Shown: piece by piece, positions 52,686-62,195 of the stretch
How positions within the stretch are numbered: the first letter of the stretch is position 1
Layout of the letters: every line of letters starts with the position of its first letter
Origin: Gemmatales bacterium
GTDB taxonomy: Bacteria; Planctomycetota; Planctomycetia; Gemmatales; HRBIN36
Direction of reading: 5' to 3'
Assembly (NCBI GenBank): GCA_041640595.1
Contig: JBEPZY010000001.1
Span: 672,001 to 736,000 of the forward strand
Length of the DNA stretch: 64,000 nucleotides
Notes under the pieces: model-generated
Database searches by the model: none
The model's input: only the letters and a program-made list of their open reading frames with translations
Told to the model about the DNA's origin: nothing
Position numbers and translations under genes: made by a program

Positions 52686-53570
52686 ATGAAACGAATGATC
52701 GGCGTCGCTTGTGGAACAGTCGCCTGGTATAGCCTGGCCGTGGGTCAGTTCCTTACTCCGATTTGCAGCGGCAGTACCTGAGGTCCCGCACCAGGTCCTG
52801 CCGGCCGGGTGCCGGCTTCGGTCGTCCCTCCTGCTCCCGCCTATGGCAACCAGCAAGCGAATCCGGTACAAAGGCCGCGAGTTCTGCCGGCTTCCCAGGA
52901 TGCAGCCATGCCGTCAGCAATTCGCCGGCCCGTCGCCCATCCCAGCCCGTATTTGCCTCCCATGCCCGAAATGATGAACAATCCGCTCCGCTCCACGGTC
53001 GTGCAAACCGATCCTAACCGGGTTCATCCGGGTTCCAGCACCAGGAATGGCGTTCCGCCTTCTCCAGCGTCAACGCCAACGGCCGACAACGGTGTACGCT
53101 CGCATCCTCAACCGGTCGTTCGCGGCCGTCTTGACGAAGAGGCCTCGCCGCCACCTTCTGCAATTACCTTACCGCCGCCGGAAGTCCTTGGACTGCTTCC
53201 GCCCAGTTCCACTGTCGGCAACACGAACGACAGGAAGGGCAATTCACGTGTCCCTGATGCGAAACCGGATCAACTTTCTCGGGGAAATCCTGCTGCACGT
53301 TCCGCGTCAGAAAACGGCAACAAGGAAACGGGAATGAATCCTTCGCCCGACTTGCAATCGTTCGGATTGCGGCAGCGGTGTGAAAGGTTAGGAATCACGA
53401 GCTACCGATTGGAAAAAACGGAAGACGGACAATGGCGGTTTCTGTGTGTCCTGGCAGCTAGTTCCGGCCAGGCTCAACGCGAACTTGAAGCGGTTGCCGA
53501 TTCGCAAAGCGAGGCAGTTTCAGCTTTGCTCGAGCATCTTGAACGCACTACCACTACCGCAAACCGCTAA
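52686..53570 (+). CDS. Putative exported selenoprotein of unknown function (in-frame TGA at codon 32)
   Basis: ATG 52686 with AAGGGA RBS; MKRMIGVACGTVAWYSLAVGQFLTPICSGST-TGA(52779-52781)-GPAPGPAGRVPASVV... runs in frame into the 52809-53570 ORF; hairpin downstream; adjacent to selD. Confidence 0.6.
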
Positions 53571-53612
53571 TTGTGCGGGGGACGTAACACACTTCTTTTG
53601 TTTCAGCGCCGC

Positions 53613-54665
53613 TCAACACACGACCAGGCGGAAACTATCCGTCGCCGGCAACGCCTCGCCAACACGCGCGGCCAGGCAACCGCCTTCGCGCAACCGCGTT
53701 TCCAGTTCCGAAAGATTCTCCTCTGCTACCGCGATGAGTAACCCGCCTGAAGTTTGAGCGTCGTAAAAGATTTCCATGCGAATTCTGTCGGGCCGACCTT
53801 CGATACGCAGGCCGGGCTCAACGAACGCGCGATTCGTCCTGCTGGCGCGGGTGAAAAACTTCCGCTCGACCAGTTCCTCAACGCCAGGAAGTAAGGGTAA
53901 CCGCTCCAGATAAATGCGAAAAGTGCAGCCACTTGCCTCGGCCATTTCGTAAGCATGTCCGGCCAGGCCGAATCCCGTAATATCGGTCATCGCATGAGCC
54001 CGTGCCGCTTTGGCCGCTTCTGCCGCTTCGCGATTCAGTTGAATCATGCTGGAAATAGCTGCTTGCAACGTGGCTTCTGGACATTTGCCAGCTCGATGAG
54101 CCGTGGTAACGAACCCGGTGCCTAGCGGCTTTGTCAGTACCAGCACATCTCCAGGTCGGGCACCCGCATTGGTGATCACCTGAGAAGGATGAACGACGCC
54201 CAGAACTGATAATCCATACTTAATCTCGCGATCTCGAACCGTATGTCCGCCGATAACAACGCAGCCAGCTTCCCGGCATCGCTCAGCGCCGCCTTGCAGA
54301 ATCCTGGCAAGAATCTCCAGCGGTAACTCATCGTCCGGAAATCCCACCAGGTTCAGCGCGGTCTTCGGTGTTCCCCCCATGGCGTACACATCGCTCAGGG
54401 CATTCGCGGCGGCGATCTGCCCGTACACATAGGGGTCGTCCACAACCGGCGGGAAAAAGTCCAGCGTCTGCACCACTGCCAGATCATCACTGAGACGATA
54501 TACCCCTGCGTCGTCGGCTGTCGCGGTGCCCACGAGAACGTTGGAATCTTTGATTGTCGGCAACTCACGCAGCACCTGCGCGAGGCCCGATGCGGGCAGC
54601 TTGCCTGCTCAACCTGCGCAAGTTGCGTAATCCGTCAGCCGTTTTCTGCGACCAAAGTTCCACAT
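53613..54665 (-). CDS. selD: Selenide, water dikinase (selenophosphate synthetase), Sec-containing form
   Basis: MWNFGRRKRLTDYATCAG-TGA(54611-54609)-AGKLPASGL runs in frame into DDAGVY, DFFPPVVDDP, ANALSDVYAMGG, TDITGFGL, DAQTSGGLL; the TGA sits at the catalytic Cys/Sec position. Confidence 0.95.
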
Positions 54666-54691
54666 TGGGACTTGCCCATCATGGGTCGGGT

Positions 54692-54715
54692 TGAATTGTA
54701 CCCTGAATTGTACCC
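54692..54715. repeat. Perfect 12-nt tandem duplication TGAATTGTACCC x2
   Basis: 54692-54703 equals 54704-54715; on the minus strand each copy contains TACAAT, upstream of selD. Confidence 0.85.
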
Positions 54716-54722
54716 GGTTACG

Positions 54723-54759
54723 AAAAAGGCCCACGAGCAGTTATTGTGCTCGCGGGCCT
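54723..54759 (-). terminator. Intrinsic terminator between the Rdx gene and selD
   Basis: Minus strand AGGCCCGCGAGCA-loop-TGCTCGTGGGCC followed by TTTTT. Confidence 0.75.
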
Positions 54760-54821
54760 CCAGAGCTTTGTTTCGGTCAGTAGAACCTAACGGCTGTTGA
54801 CCGAGCTGGACTCCGGCATTG

Positions 54822-55061
54822 TTACAGGCCGGCACGCTTTTTCAGTTGCTCCACCACCCAGTTTTCGTCCGGGAATTGGCCAGTCTTGAGTTTCGAATAC
54901 AGGGTCTCGCCGTTTACCTGAATTTCAAAGCAACCTCCAGTTCCCGGCACCAGGGTGAACTCGCTGATTTTGTTTTTCAGGGCGGTGAGCACCTGGCTCG
55001 TCAAACTGACGGCCCGCGGCTCGTAGTTTCACTGGTAGCAGTATTCCAGTCGGATTTTCAT
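54822..55061 (-). CDS. Rdx family (SelW/SelT/SelH-like) selenoprotein, CxxU
   Basis: AAAGGAGG RBS; MKIRLEYCYQ-TGA(55031-55029)-NYEPRAVSL...LVPGTGGCFEIQVNGETLYSK..GQFP; 79 aa with readthrough. Confidence 0.93.
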
Positions 55062-55269
55062 AGCATCACCTCCTTTGAGCCTTGCATGTCTCCGCGGACG
55101 AAAGACCGGTTTCTTTCGTCCGTCGGGTGATTTTATTCGCCTTACCGGACTCCTTCAATCCCGCGCTGCCGGCGTTTCCGATGTCACATTCCGCTCCCCA
55201 CATCCGTATATGTTAGCAGGGGCCTACGACCGACGCGCTCCAGCGTTCGTCTAACTCGCAGGAGGTACC

Positions 55270-56148
55270 ATGAGCAAGAAGGCGTGGATACTCCTCTTCT
55301 GTGGCATTCTGCTGGGACTGGTTGGGTTTCGGCTGGCCCGGGACCAGTACCGTGCCTGGCAAACGAGCCGATTGGCTGGTCCCCATTTGGAACGCTGTCA
55401 GCAAGAATGCCAGGACGCTGTCGATCGGCGAATCCAGGAACTACGGCAGTATTTCGCTGATCGCCGCCAGCGCTGTCGCCCGTTCGCCGAGGAAGCGCTC
55501 AGCTTCACGAGCAAGGTCAAATTACTTTTTTACGGCGACAGCCATATTCGAGAAGCTTTCGAGAAACATCTGTTCTCCGCAGAGAGTTTGCAAAAAGAAA
55601 TCGAGCGCACCATCACATTGTGCTTGCAGGACATAAACAACGCTGAGAACAAGATGCTGGTCGCCTTGCAAGCTGATTTAGCCACCCACGCTCCGTCCTT
55701 AGCCGGACTTAGTAACGAAGAGCTTCGCCGCCGCTATGACGAACTTATAGCCCGGATAGCCACCGACCCCAGCATGAGCTTAAAGGAGGATGTTATCCGC
55801 GAAGTTTCTCTTACGGTTGCATCGGAGATTCTCGTTGCGGTGCTGCGGCAGCTAGCTGTCCGCGCGGGAATACTCGGTACCGGGGCAGCCAGCGGTTGGG
55901 CTTCTTTCGGTGTAGGCTTGATTATCGCCATTGTGTTAGACCAAATATGGGATTGGTACTTTGACCCAGTGGGTCAGTTAGCCACTAAGCTGGATAACCA
56001 ATTGCGAGACCTGGAGATGTGGATTATTCAGGGATCAAACGAGCAGCCGGGGCTCTATGCTCGACTAACCAAGGTCGCCAGTGATCGCGCCAAATGGCGA
56101 GAGGAAGCAGTGATTACTATGCTTCGCCAATCACAGGGGAGCAACTAA
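55270..56148 (+). CDS. Hypothetical membrane-anchored helical protein with an internal Gly-rich hydrophobic hairpin
   Basis: AGGAGG RBS; N-terminal TM; hydrophobic segment LAVRAGILGTGAASGWASFGVGLIIAIVL. Confidence 0.8.
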   Translation: MSKKAWILLFCGILLGLVGFRLARDQYRAWQTSRLAGPHLERCQQECQDAVDRRIQELRQYFADRRQRCRPFAEEALSFTSKVKLLFYGDSHIREAFEKHLFSAESLQKEIERTITLCLQDINNAENKMLVALQADLATHAPSLAGLSNEELRRRYDELIARIATDPSMSLKEDVIREVSLTVASEILVAVLRQLAVRAGILGTGAASGWASFGVGLIIAIVLDQIWDWYFDPVGQLATKLDNQLRDLEMWIIQGSNEQPGLYARLTKVASDRAKWREEAVITMLRQSQGSN

Positions 56149-56149
56149 T

Positions 56150-57022
56150 ATGTTCGGCCAGTATCTAATCACATTTGCGACCGTGAGCACATTGCTGATA
56201 TTCAGCTTGATATCAGTACCGAGCAGCTACGCCCAGGCTAAGGGAAAGGCCGCTCGTGAAGTAGCGGAGTACCTCATTAGAAAGTTCGGCAAAGAAGCTG
56301 CCGAAGAAACTGTAGAATCGTTGACTCGTCGTCTGGAACGTTTAGTGCTTCGGCATGGTGATGAAGTCCTCGAAGCCGTCGAGAAAGGCGGTTTCAGGGC
56401 GCTGTTTGCGCTGGAGAAAACGGCAGAACGATCGCCGCAATTGGTTAAGCTGCTGATTCGTTATGGCGATGAAGCAGTTTGGATTGTTGAGCGACCAAGA
56501 AGCACAGCCATCTTCCTCAAACACGGGGACGACGCTGCCCGTGCCTTGATCAAGCATGGCGAGATAGCCGAACCGGTCATCGAACAATTAGGCCAGCCCG
56601 CCGCTAAAACGTTAGCTAACCTGTCCAATCAGCAGGCACGTCGATTAGCTATCATGGCCAATAATGGCGACTTAGCGAAAATCGGCCGTACCACCGAACT
56701 ATTGGAGGTCGTAACTAAGCATCCTGATCCAACCTGGGCCGACACTGTGATGGACTTTATCTGGCGGCATAAGGGAGCTCTAGCGGTATCAGCTGCCCTG
56801 ACGGCATTCCTAGCCGATCCCGAACCATTTATCAATGGCGTCAAGGATATTACCAAAATTGCGGCGGAAAATACCGTTGGAAAAGTGGCCGAAGAAGCCG
56901 CCCGACAAATCAATTGGACGCTCATTATTCTGGCACTTATAACATTGGGCGCTGCGTTGATCGTTATCAGACTCTATTTGAACCATCGAAGACGAGGTTC
57001 TTCACCTCAACAAGTTGCGTAG
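56150..57022 (+). CDS. Hypothetical exported/membrane protein with repeated (H/Y)G(D/E) motifs and a C-terminal TM
   Basis: Starts 1 nt after the upstream stop; signal peptide (SYA-Q); C-terminal TM followed by a basic tail. Confidence 0.8.
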   Translation: MFGQYLITFATVSTLLIFSLISVPSSYAQAKGKAAREVAEYLIRKFGKEAAEETVESLTRRLERLVLRHGDEVLEAVEKGGFRALFALEKTAERSPQLVKLLIRYGDEAVWIVERPRSTAIFLKHGDDAARALIKHGEIAEPVIEQLGQPAAKTLANLSNQQARRLAIMANNGDLAKIGRTTELLEVVTKHPDPTWADTVMDFIWRHKGALAVSAALTAFLADPEPFINGVKDITKIAAENTVGKVAEEAARQINWTLIILALITLGAALIVIRLYLNHRRRGSSPQQVA

Positions 57023-57104
57023 TTCCTTGGGCTACCCAATTGGTACTTACAGCAGTTATAGAACACGCGGTACCTTGGTAGCGATGGGCGGTTGGCGTGC
57101 AGGA

Positions 57105-57578
57105 CTAACAGTTATCGGAAAGGTTTCTGCCAAAGAGTTCGCGGCTATCCAGAAGAATAGTAACCGGGCCAGAGTTAATCAGTTCCACCTCCATTTCCGC
57201 GGCGAAAACGCCGGTCTCCACATGCACACCGAGCGATCGCACAGCGGCAATAAACCGGTCATATAGCTGTCGGGCCTGGTCGGGCGGAGCAGCATTTACG
57301 AAACTCGGTCGTCTGCCTTTGCGACAGTCAGCCAACAATGTGAACTGGCTGACCACTAACATAGAGCCGCCAACCTGAAGGATATCTAAATTCATCTTGC
57401 CCTGCTGGTCGTCGTGAATGCGCAGGGCCACTATTTTCTCGGCCAAACGTTCAGCATCTTCGTGGGTGTCTTCCTTAGCCACGCCTAGAAACACGAGCAG
57501 CCCCCTTTCAATCTGGCCCACTACCCGTCCCTGGACACGCACGGCTGCCCGGCTAACACGTTGAATCACCGCCCGCAT
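57105..57578 (-). CDS. dtd: D-aminoacyl-tRNA deacylase
   Basis: [25 protein letters not shown]. Confidence 0.96.
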   Translation of the reverse strand: MRAVIQRVSRAAVRVQGRVVGQIERGLLVFLGVAKEDTHEDAERLAEKIVALRIHDDQQGKMNLDILQVGGSMLVVSQFTLLADCRKGRRPSFVNAAPPDQARQLYDRFIAAVRSLGVHVETGVFAAEMEVELINSGPVTILLDSRELFGRNLSDNC

Positions 57579-57630
57579 CGCTGGTCCCTCACTGCACTCG
57601 GCAAATATTATATGGGCCAGAATCGGCTCC

Positions 57631-59226
57631 TTATGAACTGCCAGCATAAACGCGATAATCCAGATTGGGGAAGATATTATGACGTGCTTCCAGTTTCGCT
57701 AGCCAGGGCTCATCCACAGCATTCTTATTGACCTGGTCGTACAGGGCGTTGAAGTTGAGGATATGCACGCGGGTACGCTCTCGGGCATATTCGACCATAG
57801 TGCCGGTTTTCATAATGAAGGCCCAGTCGCTCGATTGGGCCAGGAGTAATTCCCGTGCCATCTGATTGAGAGCGCGCTCTAATATTCCCGTCGCTTTCGG
57901 AAATCGCCTGGCCGCTTCCACCATACGGTCTGCCATCATGTGCAGGTGAGGATAAATCCAGTCGTTGGAGCCCTCTAACCACACCTCGCAATAACCTTTC
58001 CAACCCCAGCTTGAAAATGCAGGCTGACAAATCTGCAGGCGGGGCTGCAATTCTAAATACTGGGGAACTGTGATGGTCTTGATAGTTTGCTGATCATAAC
58101 ACATCTTGCGGAGTAAGAAATTGAGCCATTCGGGTCCCTCGAACCACCAGTGCCCGAACAGTTCCGCGTCGTAAGGTGCGACCACCAAAGGTGGACGACC
58201 TCCCATAATGCTATGCAACCATTCAACTTGCTTTTCGCGGTTGAACATAAAGTTACCCGCATGTTCAGCCGCCTTTTCTAAGGCCGCCTCACGAACATAG
58301 GGGAGCTTATGATCCGTGGGCCCGGTGATTTTATAGTACTTGATTCCCAGATTGTGTCGGATGCCAATACTATGCAGGTGCGGACGGATATAGTCGTAAT
58401 CTAAGTCAAAGCCGACGTCGCGATAAAACTCGCGATAATTATAGTCCCCTGGATAGCCTTCGATGGCACTCCAGACTTGTTTAGAAGATTCGGTATCCCG
58501 CCCCAAAGCGGCGACATTAGTACCTGGGCAAAGAATGGGGGCATAGACGCCATAGCGTGGTCGCGGATCGGCAAAGAGCACCCCATGCGTGTCCAGGAAG
58601 AAATATCGGAGGCCGGACTGCTCCAGGTAGCGTTCGATACCAGGTGCATACCCGCATTCGGGCAGCCATATTCCACGGGGTCGGCGTCCGAAGTGGCGCT
58701 CAAACTCGCGGCAACCGATTTCAATCTGGGCCCGGACAGCGTCCCAGTTGATGGTCATCAACGGCAGGAAGCCGTGTGTGGCAGCACAGGTAATCAATTC
58801 CAGTTTGCCGGTCTCGAAAAATCGGCGGAAACCTTGCAAAAGGTTGTTCCCGTATTTGCTGGTGAAGACCTGGCGGCAATGCTCGAACCGCTCCAGATAC
58901 ATGCGAGCCAGGCAATGAAATTCAGGCTGCCAGCGTGTGCGGTCGAGTTCCTTGCGAGCCAGGGCAATGAGGTTGTCCAGATGACGCAGGTAACGGTACT
59001 GCAGGAGCGGATCGGTGAGCATGGCGGCCAGCGTCGGGGAAATGGACATGGTGAGCCGCCATTCCACGCCATCTCGCTCCAGACCTTCCATCATGTCCAG
59101 AAGTGGGATATAAGTCTCCGTGATGGCCTCGTAGAGCCAATCTTCTTCCAGACAATCTTCGTACTCGGGATGCCGCACGAAGGGCAAATGGGCGTGCAGC
59201 ACCAGGCACAGATAACCTAAGGGCAT
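57631..59226 (-). CDS. GH57 family 1,4-alpha-glucan branching enzyme with DUF1957-type C-terminus
   Basis: [53 protein letters not shown] 59226 after AGGAG. Confidence 0.92.
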   Translation of the reverse strand: MPLGYLCLVLHAHLPFVRHPEYEDCLEEDWLYEAITETYIPLLDMMEGLERDGVEWRLTMSISPTLAAMLTDPLLQYRYLRHLDNLIALARKELDRTRWQPEFHCLARMYLERFEHCRQVFTSKYGNNLLQGFRRFFETGKLELITCAATHGFLPLMTINWDAVRAQIEIGCREFERHFGRRPRGIWLPECGYAPGIERYLEQSGLRYFFLDTHGVLFADPRPRYGVYAPILCPGTNVAALGRDTESSKQVWSAIEGYPGDYNYREFYRDVGFDLDYDYIRPHLHSIGIRHNLGIKYYKITGPTDHKLPYVREAALEKAAEHAGNFMFNREKQVEWLHSIMGGRPPLVVAPYDAELFGHWWFEGPEWLNFLLRKMCYDQQTIKTITVPQYLELQPRLQICQPAFSSWGWKGYCEVWLEGSNDWIYPHLHMMADRMVEAARRFPKATGILERALNQMARELLLAQSSDWAFIMKTGTMVEYARERTRVHILNFNALYDQVNKNAVDEPWLAKLEARHNIFPNLDYRVYAGSS

Positions 59227-59349
59227 GACTAAATGTCTCCTCGTCGTCGCAGGATAAGCCCCATGCCAGCACTGAGGCACGGTTCCAGTGTAGCAGAATC
59301 GCAAAGTTTCGGCGAGTTTTCGTTTCCCAGACTGTACAGGGTTTATCTG

Positions 59350-59829
59350 ATGATATGCATTGCCGTGCTAGCCAGCAGCTTTGCCTGGTGTATGCTGGCC
59401 GCACAGGAAAAAGACCAGCGGCAAAAGCGTGAGCTGGAGCGGTGGCAAGGCACGTGGAGGGCAGTTGCAGGAGAACGAGATGGGCAATTGCGTCCCAAGG
59501 CGTTTCTGGAAGCGCTTCGGATAGTTGTAGAGAATGATGTCATGACAATCCAGGCCGGCAAGCGCAGCCAGAAGTTACGCTTGGTGCTCGACCCCACTGT
59601 CCGACCCAAGGCCGTGGACCTGATACATCTCGATGGCAAAGAGCAGGGCGAGGTCTGGCTCGGCATTTACCAACTGGAACCGCAGCGCCTCAAGTTATGT
59701 GTAAGCCCGCCTGGGACACCGCGGCCCGATGATTTCGTGACCCGTCCCGGCTCTGGTCGGGAGTTGCTGATCCTGGAACGCACAGATTCCCGCGAGAAAT
59801 CGCAGCCCACGCCAGGTCCCGGCAAGTGA
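59350..59829 (+). CDS. TIGR03067-like planctomycete domain protein
   Basis: Signal peptide; ELERWQGTWRAVAGERDG, LDPTVRPKAVDL, LGIYQLE..LKLC..RPDDF. Confidence 0.85.
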   Translation: MICIAVLASSFAWCMLAAQEKDQRQKRELERWQGTWRAVAGERDGQLRPKAFLEALRIVVENDVMTIQAGKRSQKLRLVLDPTVRPKAVDLIHLDGKEQGEVWLGIYQLEPQRLKLCVSPPGTPRPDDFVTRPGSGRELLILERTDSREKSQPTPGPGK

Positions 59830-59906
59830 ACGCTTAGGAGACCTCGCCTGGAACGCCCGTGCTGTCCTTGAGCATGATGGCGCGAATATCTGTCGGCTGG
59901 CCTTGC

Positions 59907-60515
59907 TCAGACTCCGTGGCAGGGAGCGGGCTCTAAGGCCAAATGCCTGCCCTGTACGCGAATTTGCCAGTATGCAGGTAAGTCCAGTTCGCCGACGTGG
60001 CACCGGCCAGAGTATTCCACGCCCACCGAGCAACGCAGCAACCAGCCATCTTCCCTTGGGTAAAGCCAGAGCTCTGGTAAGCCAGGGACGCATACGTGAG
60101 AAGTTGGCGTTGCACCAATTCGCAAGGCCTGGCTTACAAGAATGGCAGCGTGCCAGTGCAAAACTGGTCGCGCTGGTGGCGACCAGGTCAACCGGGCCGT
60201 CAATAGTCGGCGATCCGGTATGGCTAAATGAAGCTGGCATGCCTCTCGCCCTGAGTCGGCGAGCAAAGTGAGTGTAGTGTCTGGCCACCAGATTCCTTGA
60301 GCAGCTTCATGGTTTTGATAACGGCAGCGTCCTTCCGCCTGCCAGATGTAACCCTCGCATTCGCGCTCGATCCAGACGTGTATTGGCCGCAACGGAGCCA
60401 GTAAGGCCAGGTCTGACCGCGTTGGTTGGTGCAACCCGCCCACGCTCAATCGTCGTTGGGAGTAAAGCAACGTTCCCCCAAATTCGTCAATCCAGAGCAC
60501 CGCTGATGTTGCCAT
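59907..60515 (-). CDS. Hypothetical protein, possibly FHA-like
   Basis: LWIDEFGG..LSVGG..SDLALLAPLRPIH pattern reminiscent of planctomycete FHA-like proteins; start uncertain. Confidence 0.55.
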   Translation of the reverse strand: MATSAVLWIDEFGGTLLYSQRRLSVGGLHQPTRSDLALLAPLRPIHVWIERECEGYIWQAEGRCRYQNHEAAQGIWWPDTTLTLLADSGREACQLHLAIPDRRLLTARLTWSPPARPVLHWHAAILVSQALRIGATPTSHVCVPGLPELWLYPREDGWLLRCSVGVEYSGRCHVGELDLPAYWQIRVQGRHLALEPAPCHGV

Positions 60516-60792
60516 CGTTGCTGTTAACGTCTGTCCTACGCCCTGAGTGCTCAATGGGCAAGCGGCAGTGCGCACGGCTGGGCTGTCAATCTGGGAAAAA
60601 GATAGTGAAGGTATGCAAAATGGGAACAAAGCCACCAACCATGTCGCCTGGTTTGCCTACGATCCAAAATTCTTCCCGCCGATGCATCTTGGGGACATAT
60701 CGCAGCCTGACTGGTCCGCAACCAAAATCGAACGTGCAAAGGGTTAGCCAGAAGAACCAGAATTTGTGGTCGTGGCTAGGAAGGAGAAAATC

Positions 60793-61986
60793 ATGCGGGG
60801 GAAGCGGCAACGGCTGCTGATAGCGATCGTGCTTAGCCTCGTGGCGAGCCAGGCACAGGCGAAATGGTGGGTCTGGCCCTTCGGACGCAAGGCTACTCCT
60901 GACACGCAGGAAGCCGCTCAGCTGGCTGAAGATGCCGGGATGTATCAGCCGACTCTGCCGGGTTGCAGTAGCGGTTGGTGCAAGCATGGTTTGTCTCGCG
61001 ATTGTACCGAAAGCGGTTGCAGCGATGATTTTGGCTGGTACGCGGTAGGCGATTTCATTTATCTGCGGCGCGAACGACCAAGCGAAACTTTCCTCGGTCG
61101 TGAGGTTGACCTGACAACGCTCCCGGTGCGACAACTCCGCGACCTGACGACGGACAGCGACCGGTTCAATTACGAACCTGGGTTCCATGTCTTGATCGGT
61201 CTGCCGATCAAACCGGAATGGTCGGTAGAAGCGAGTTTCTTCGGCATTTTTGACTGGTCGCAAGAAGCCACGCTTGTCAACCGCAACCCGCCATTTTTTG
61301 GTATTGATTCGCCATACCTGACGATCAACGGTGGCGCAGTGGATGCTATCCGGTACAACTATGAGACCGAACTGCGTAATTTCGAAGCGAACTTTCGCAA
61401 TTTTCGCCCATTCGGGCCGTTTTGCACTTTCTCCTGGTTTTTCGGAGCCCGGTACATTTGGATCAGCGACGAAATCATGCTCACCGGTTCGGAAAACCTG
61501 TTCTTATCGGCTGAACGAACGCACGCCGACGTAGATAACCACCTCATCGGAGGCCACGTGGGTGCCAGCCTGGCCGTTTCGCCCTTCCATTGCCTGAGCA
61601 TGGGGTTATACTCGAAGGTCGGCGTTTATGGGAACATCATTCGCAGCCGTGTCAACAACTTCCTGCGCGACCCTGCATCCTTCCCCGCCGAAACAGAACG
61701 GTTGCTCATTGCACGCGATGACGGATCCACTGGCGTATCTCTCGAAGCCGGCGCCAAAATAGCATGGCGCCTCACCGAGAACATTTCGATTCGCGGCGGT
61801 TACAGCGTGCTCTTCCTCGACGGCCTGGCTCTGGCTCCCGACCAGTTGAACGTCAACAGGCAAGTATTTGCCACCACCGTCTTACTCGATCGCACCAGCG
61901 TTTTCGGTCGCCAGCCAGGGCGCACGGACGAAACTGGAAGCATGCTGATTCACGGCTTTTCTGTCGGTCTCGAAATTGACTGGTAG
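60793..61986 (+). CDS. Outer-membrane beta-barrel protein (BBP7-like)
   Basis: AGGAG RBS; signal peptide (AQA); alternating beta pattern, FGARY, NHLIGGHVG, RGGYSVLFLDGLALAPDQ; C-terminal HGFSVGLEIDW. Confidence 0.85.
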   Translation: MRGKRQRLLIAIVLSLVASQAQAKWWVWPFGRKATPDTQEAAQLAEDAGMYQPTLPGCSSGWCKHGLSRDCTESGCSDDFGWYAVGDFIYLRRERPSETFLGREVDLTTLPVRQLRDLTTDSDRFNYEPGFHVLIGLPIKPEWSVEASFFGIFDWSQEATLVNRNPPFFGIDSPYLTINGGAVDAIRYNYETELRNFEANFRNFRPFGPFCTFSWFFGARYIWISDEIMLTGSENLFLSAERTHADVDNHLIGGHVGASLAVSPFHCLSMGLYSKVGVYGNIIRSRVNNFLRDPASFPAETERLLIARDDGSTGVSLEAGAKIAWRLTENISIRGGYSVLFLDGLALAPDQLNVNRQVFATTVLLDRTSVFGRQPGRTDETGSMLIHGFSVGLEIDW

Positions 61987-62051
61987 TCGCGGTTCTAAAG
62001 CGGCCGGTCTGCGATCGCACAGAACAACTGTACTTGCGACGGCATTAGCAA

Positions 62052-62086
62052 AAACGGGCCACCAAGGTGGTCCGTTTCGTTTTTTT
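62052..62086 (+). terminator. Intrinsic terminator after the beta-barrel gene
   Basis: AAACGGGCCACC-AA-GGTGGTCCGTTT followed by CGTTTTTTT. Confidence 0.75.
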
Positions 62087-62195
62087 GTCGCCGAAATGTC
62101 GTCTTGCATTTTTCGTTTCCGTGCGCTAAGGTGTTGCCACAACTTGAGCGACTGGCCCTTTAGCCAGGGATGGCTGAAGTTTTTACCAGGCAAGG

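Noticed and set aside
55140..55200. Possible tRNA-Sec near selD (GGACTCCTTCAATCC)
   Set aside because: No UCA anticodon arm, T-loop or acceptor stem could be built.
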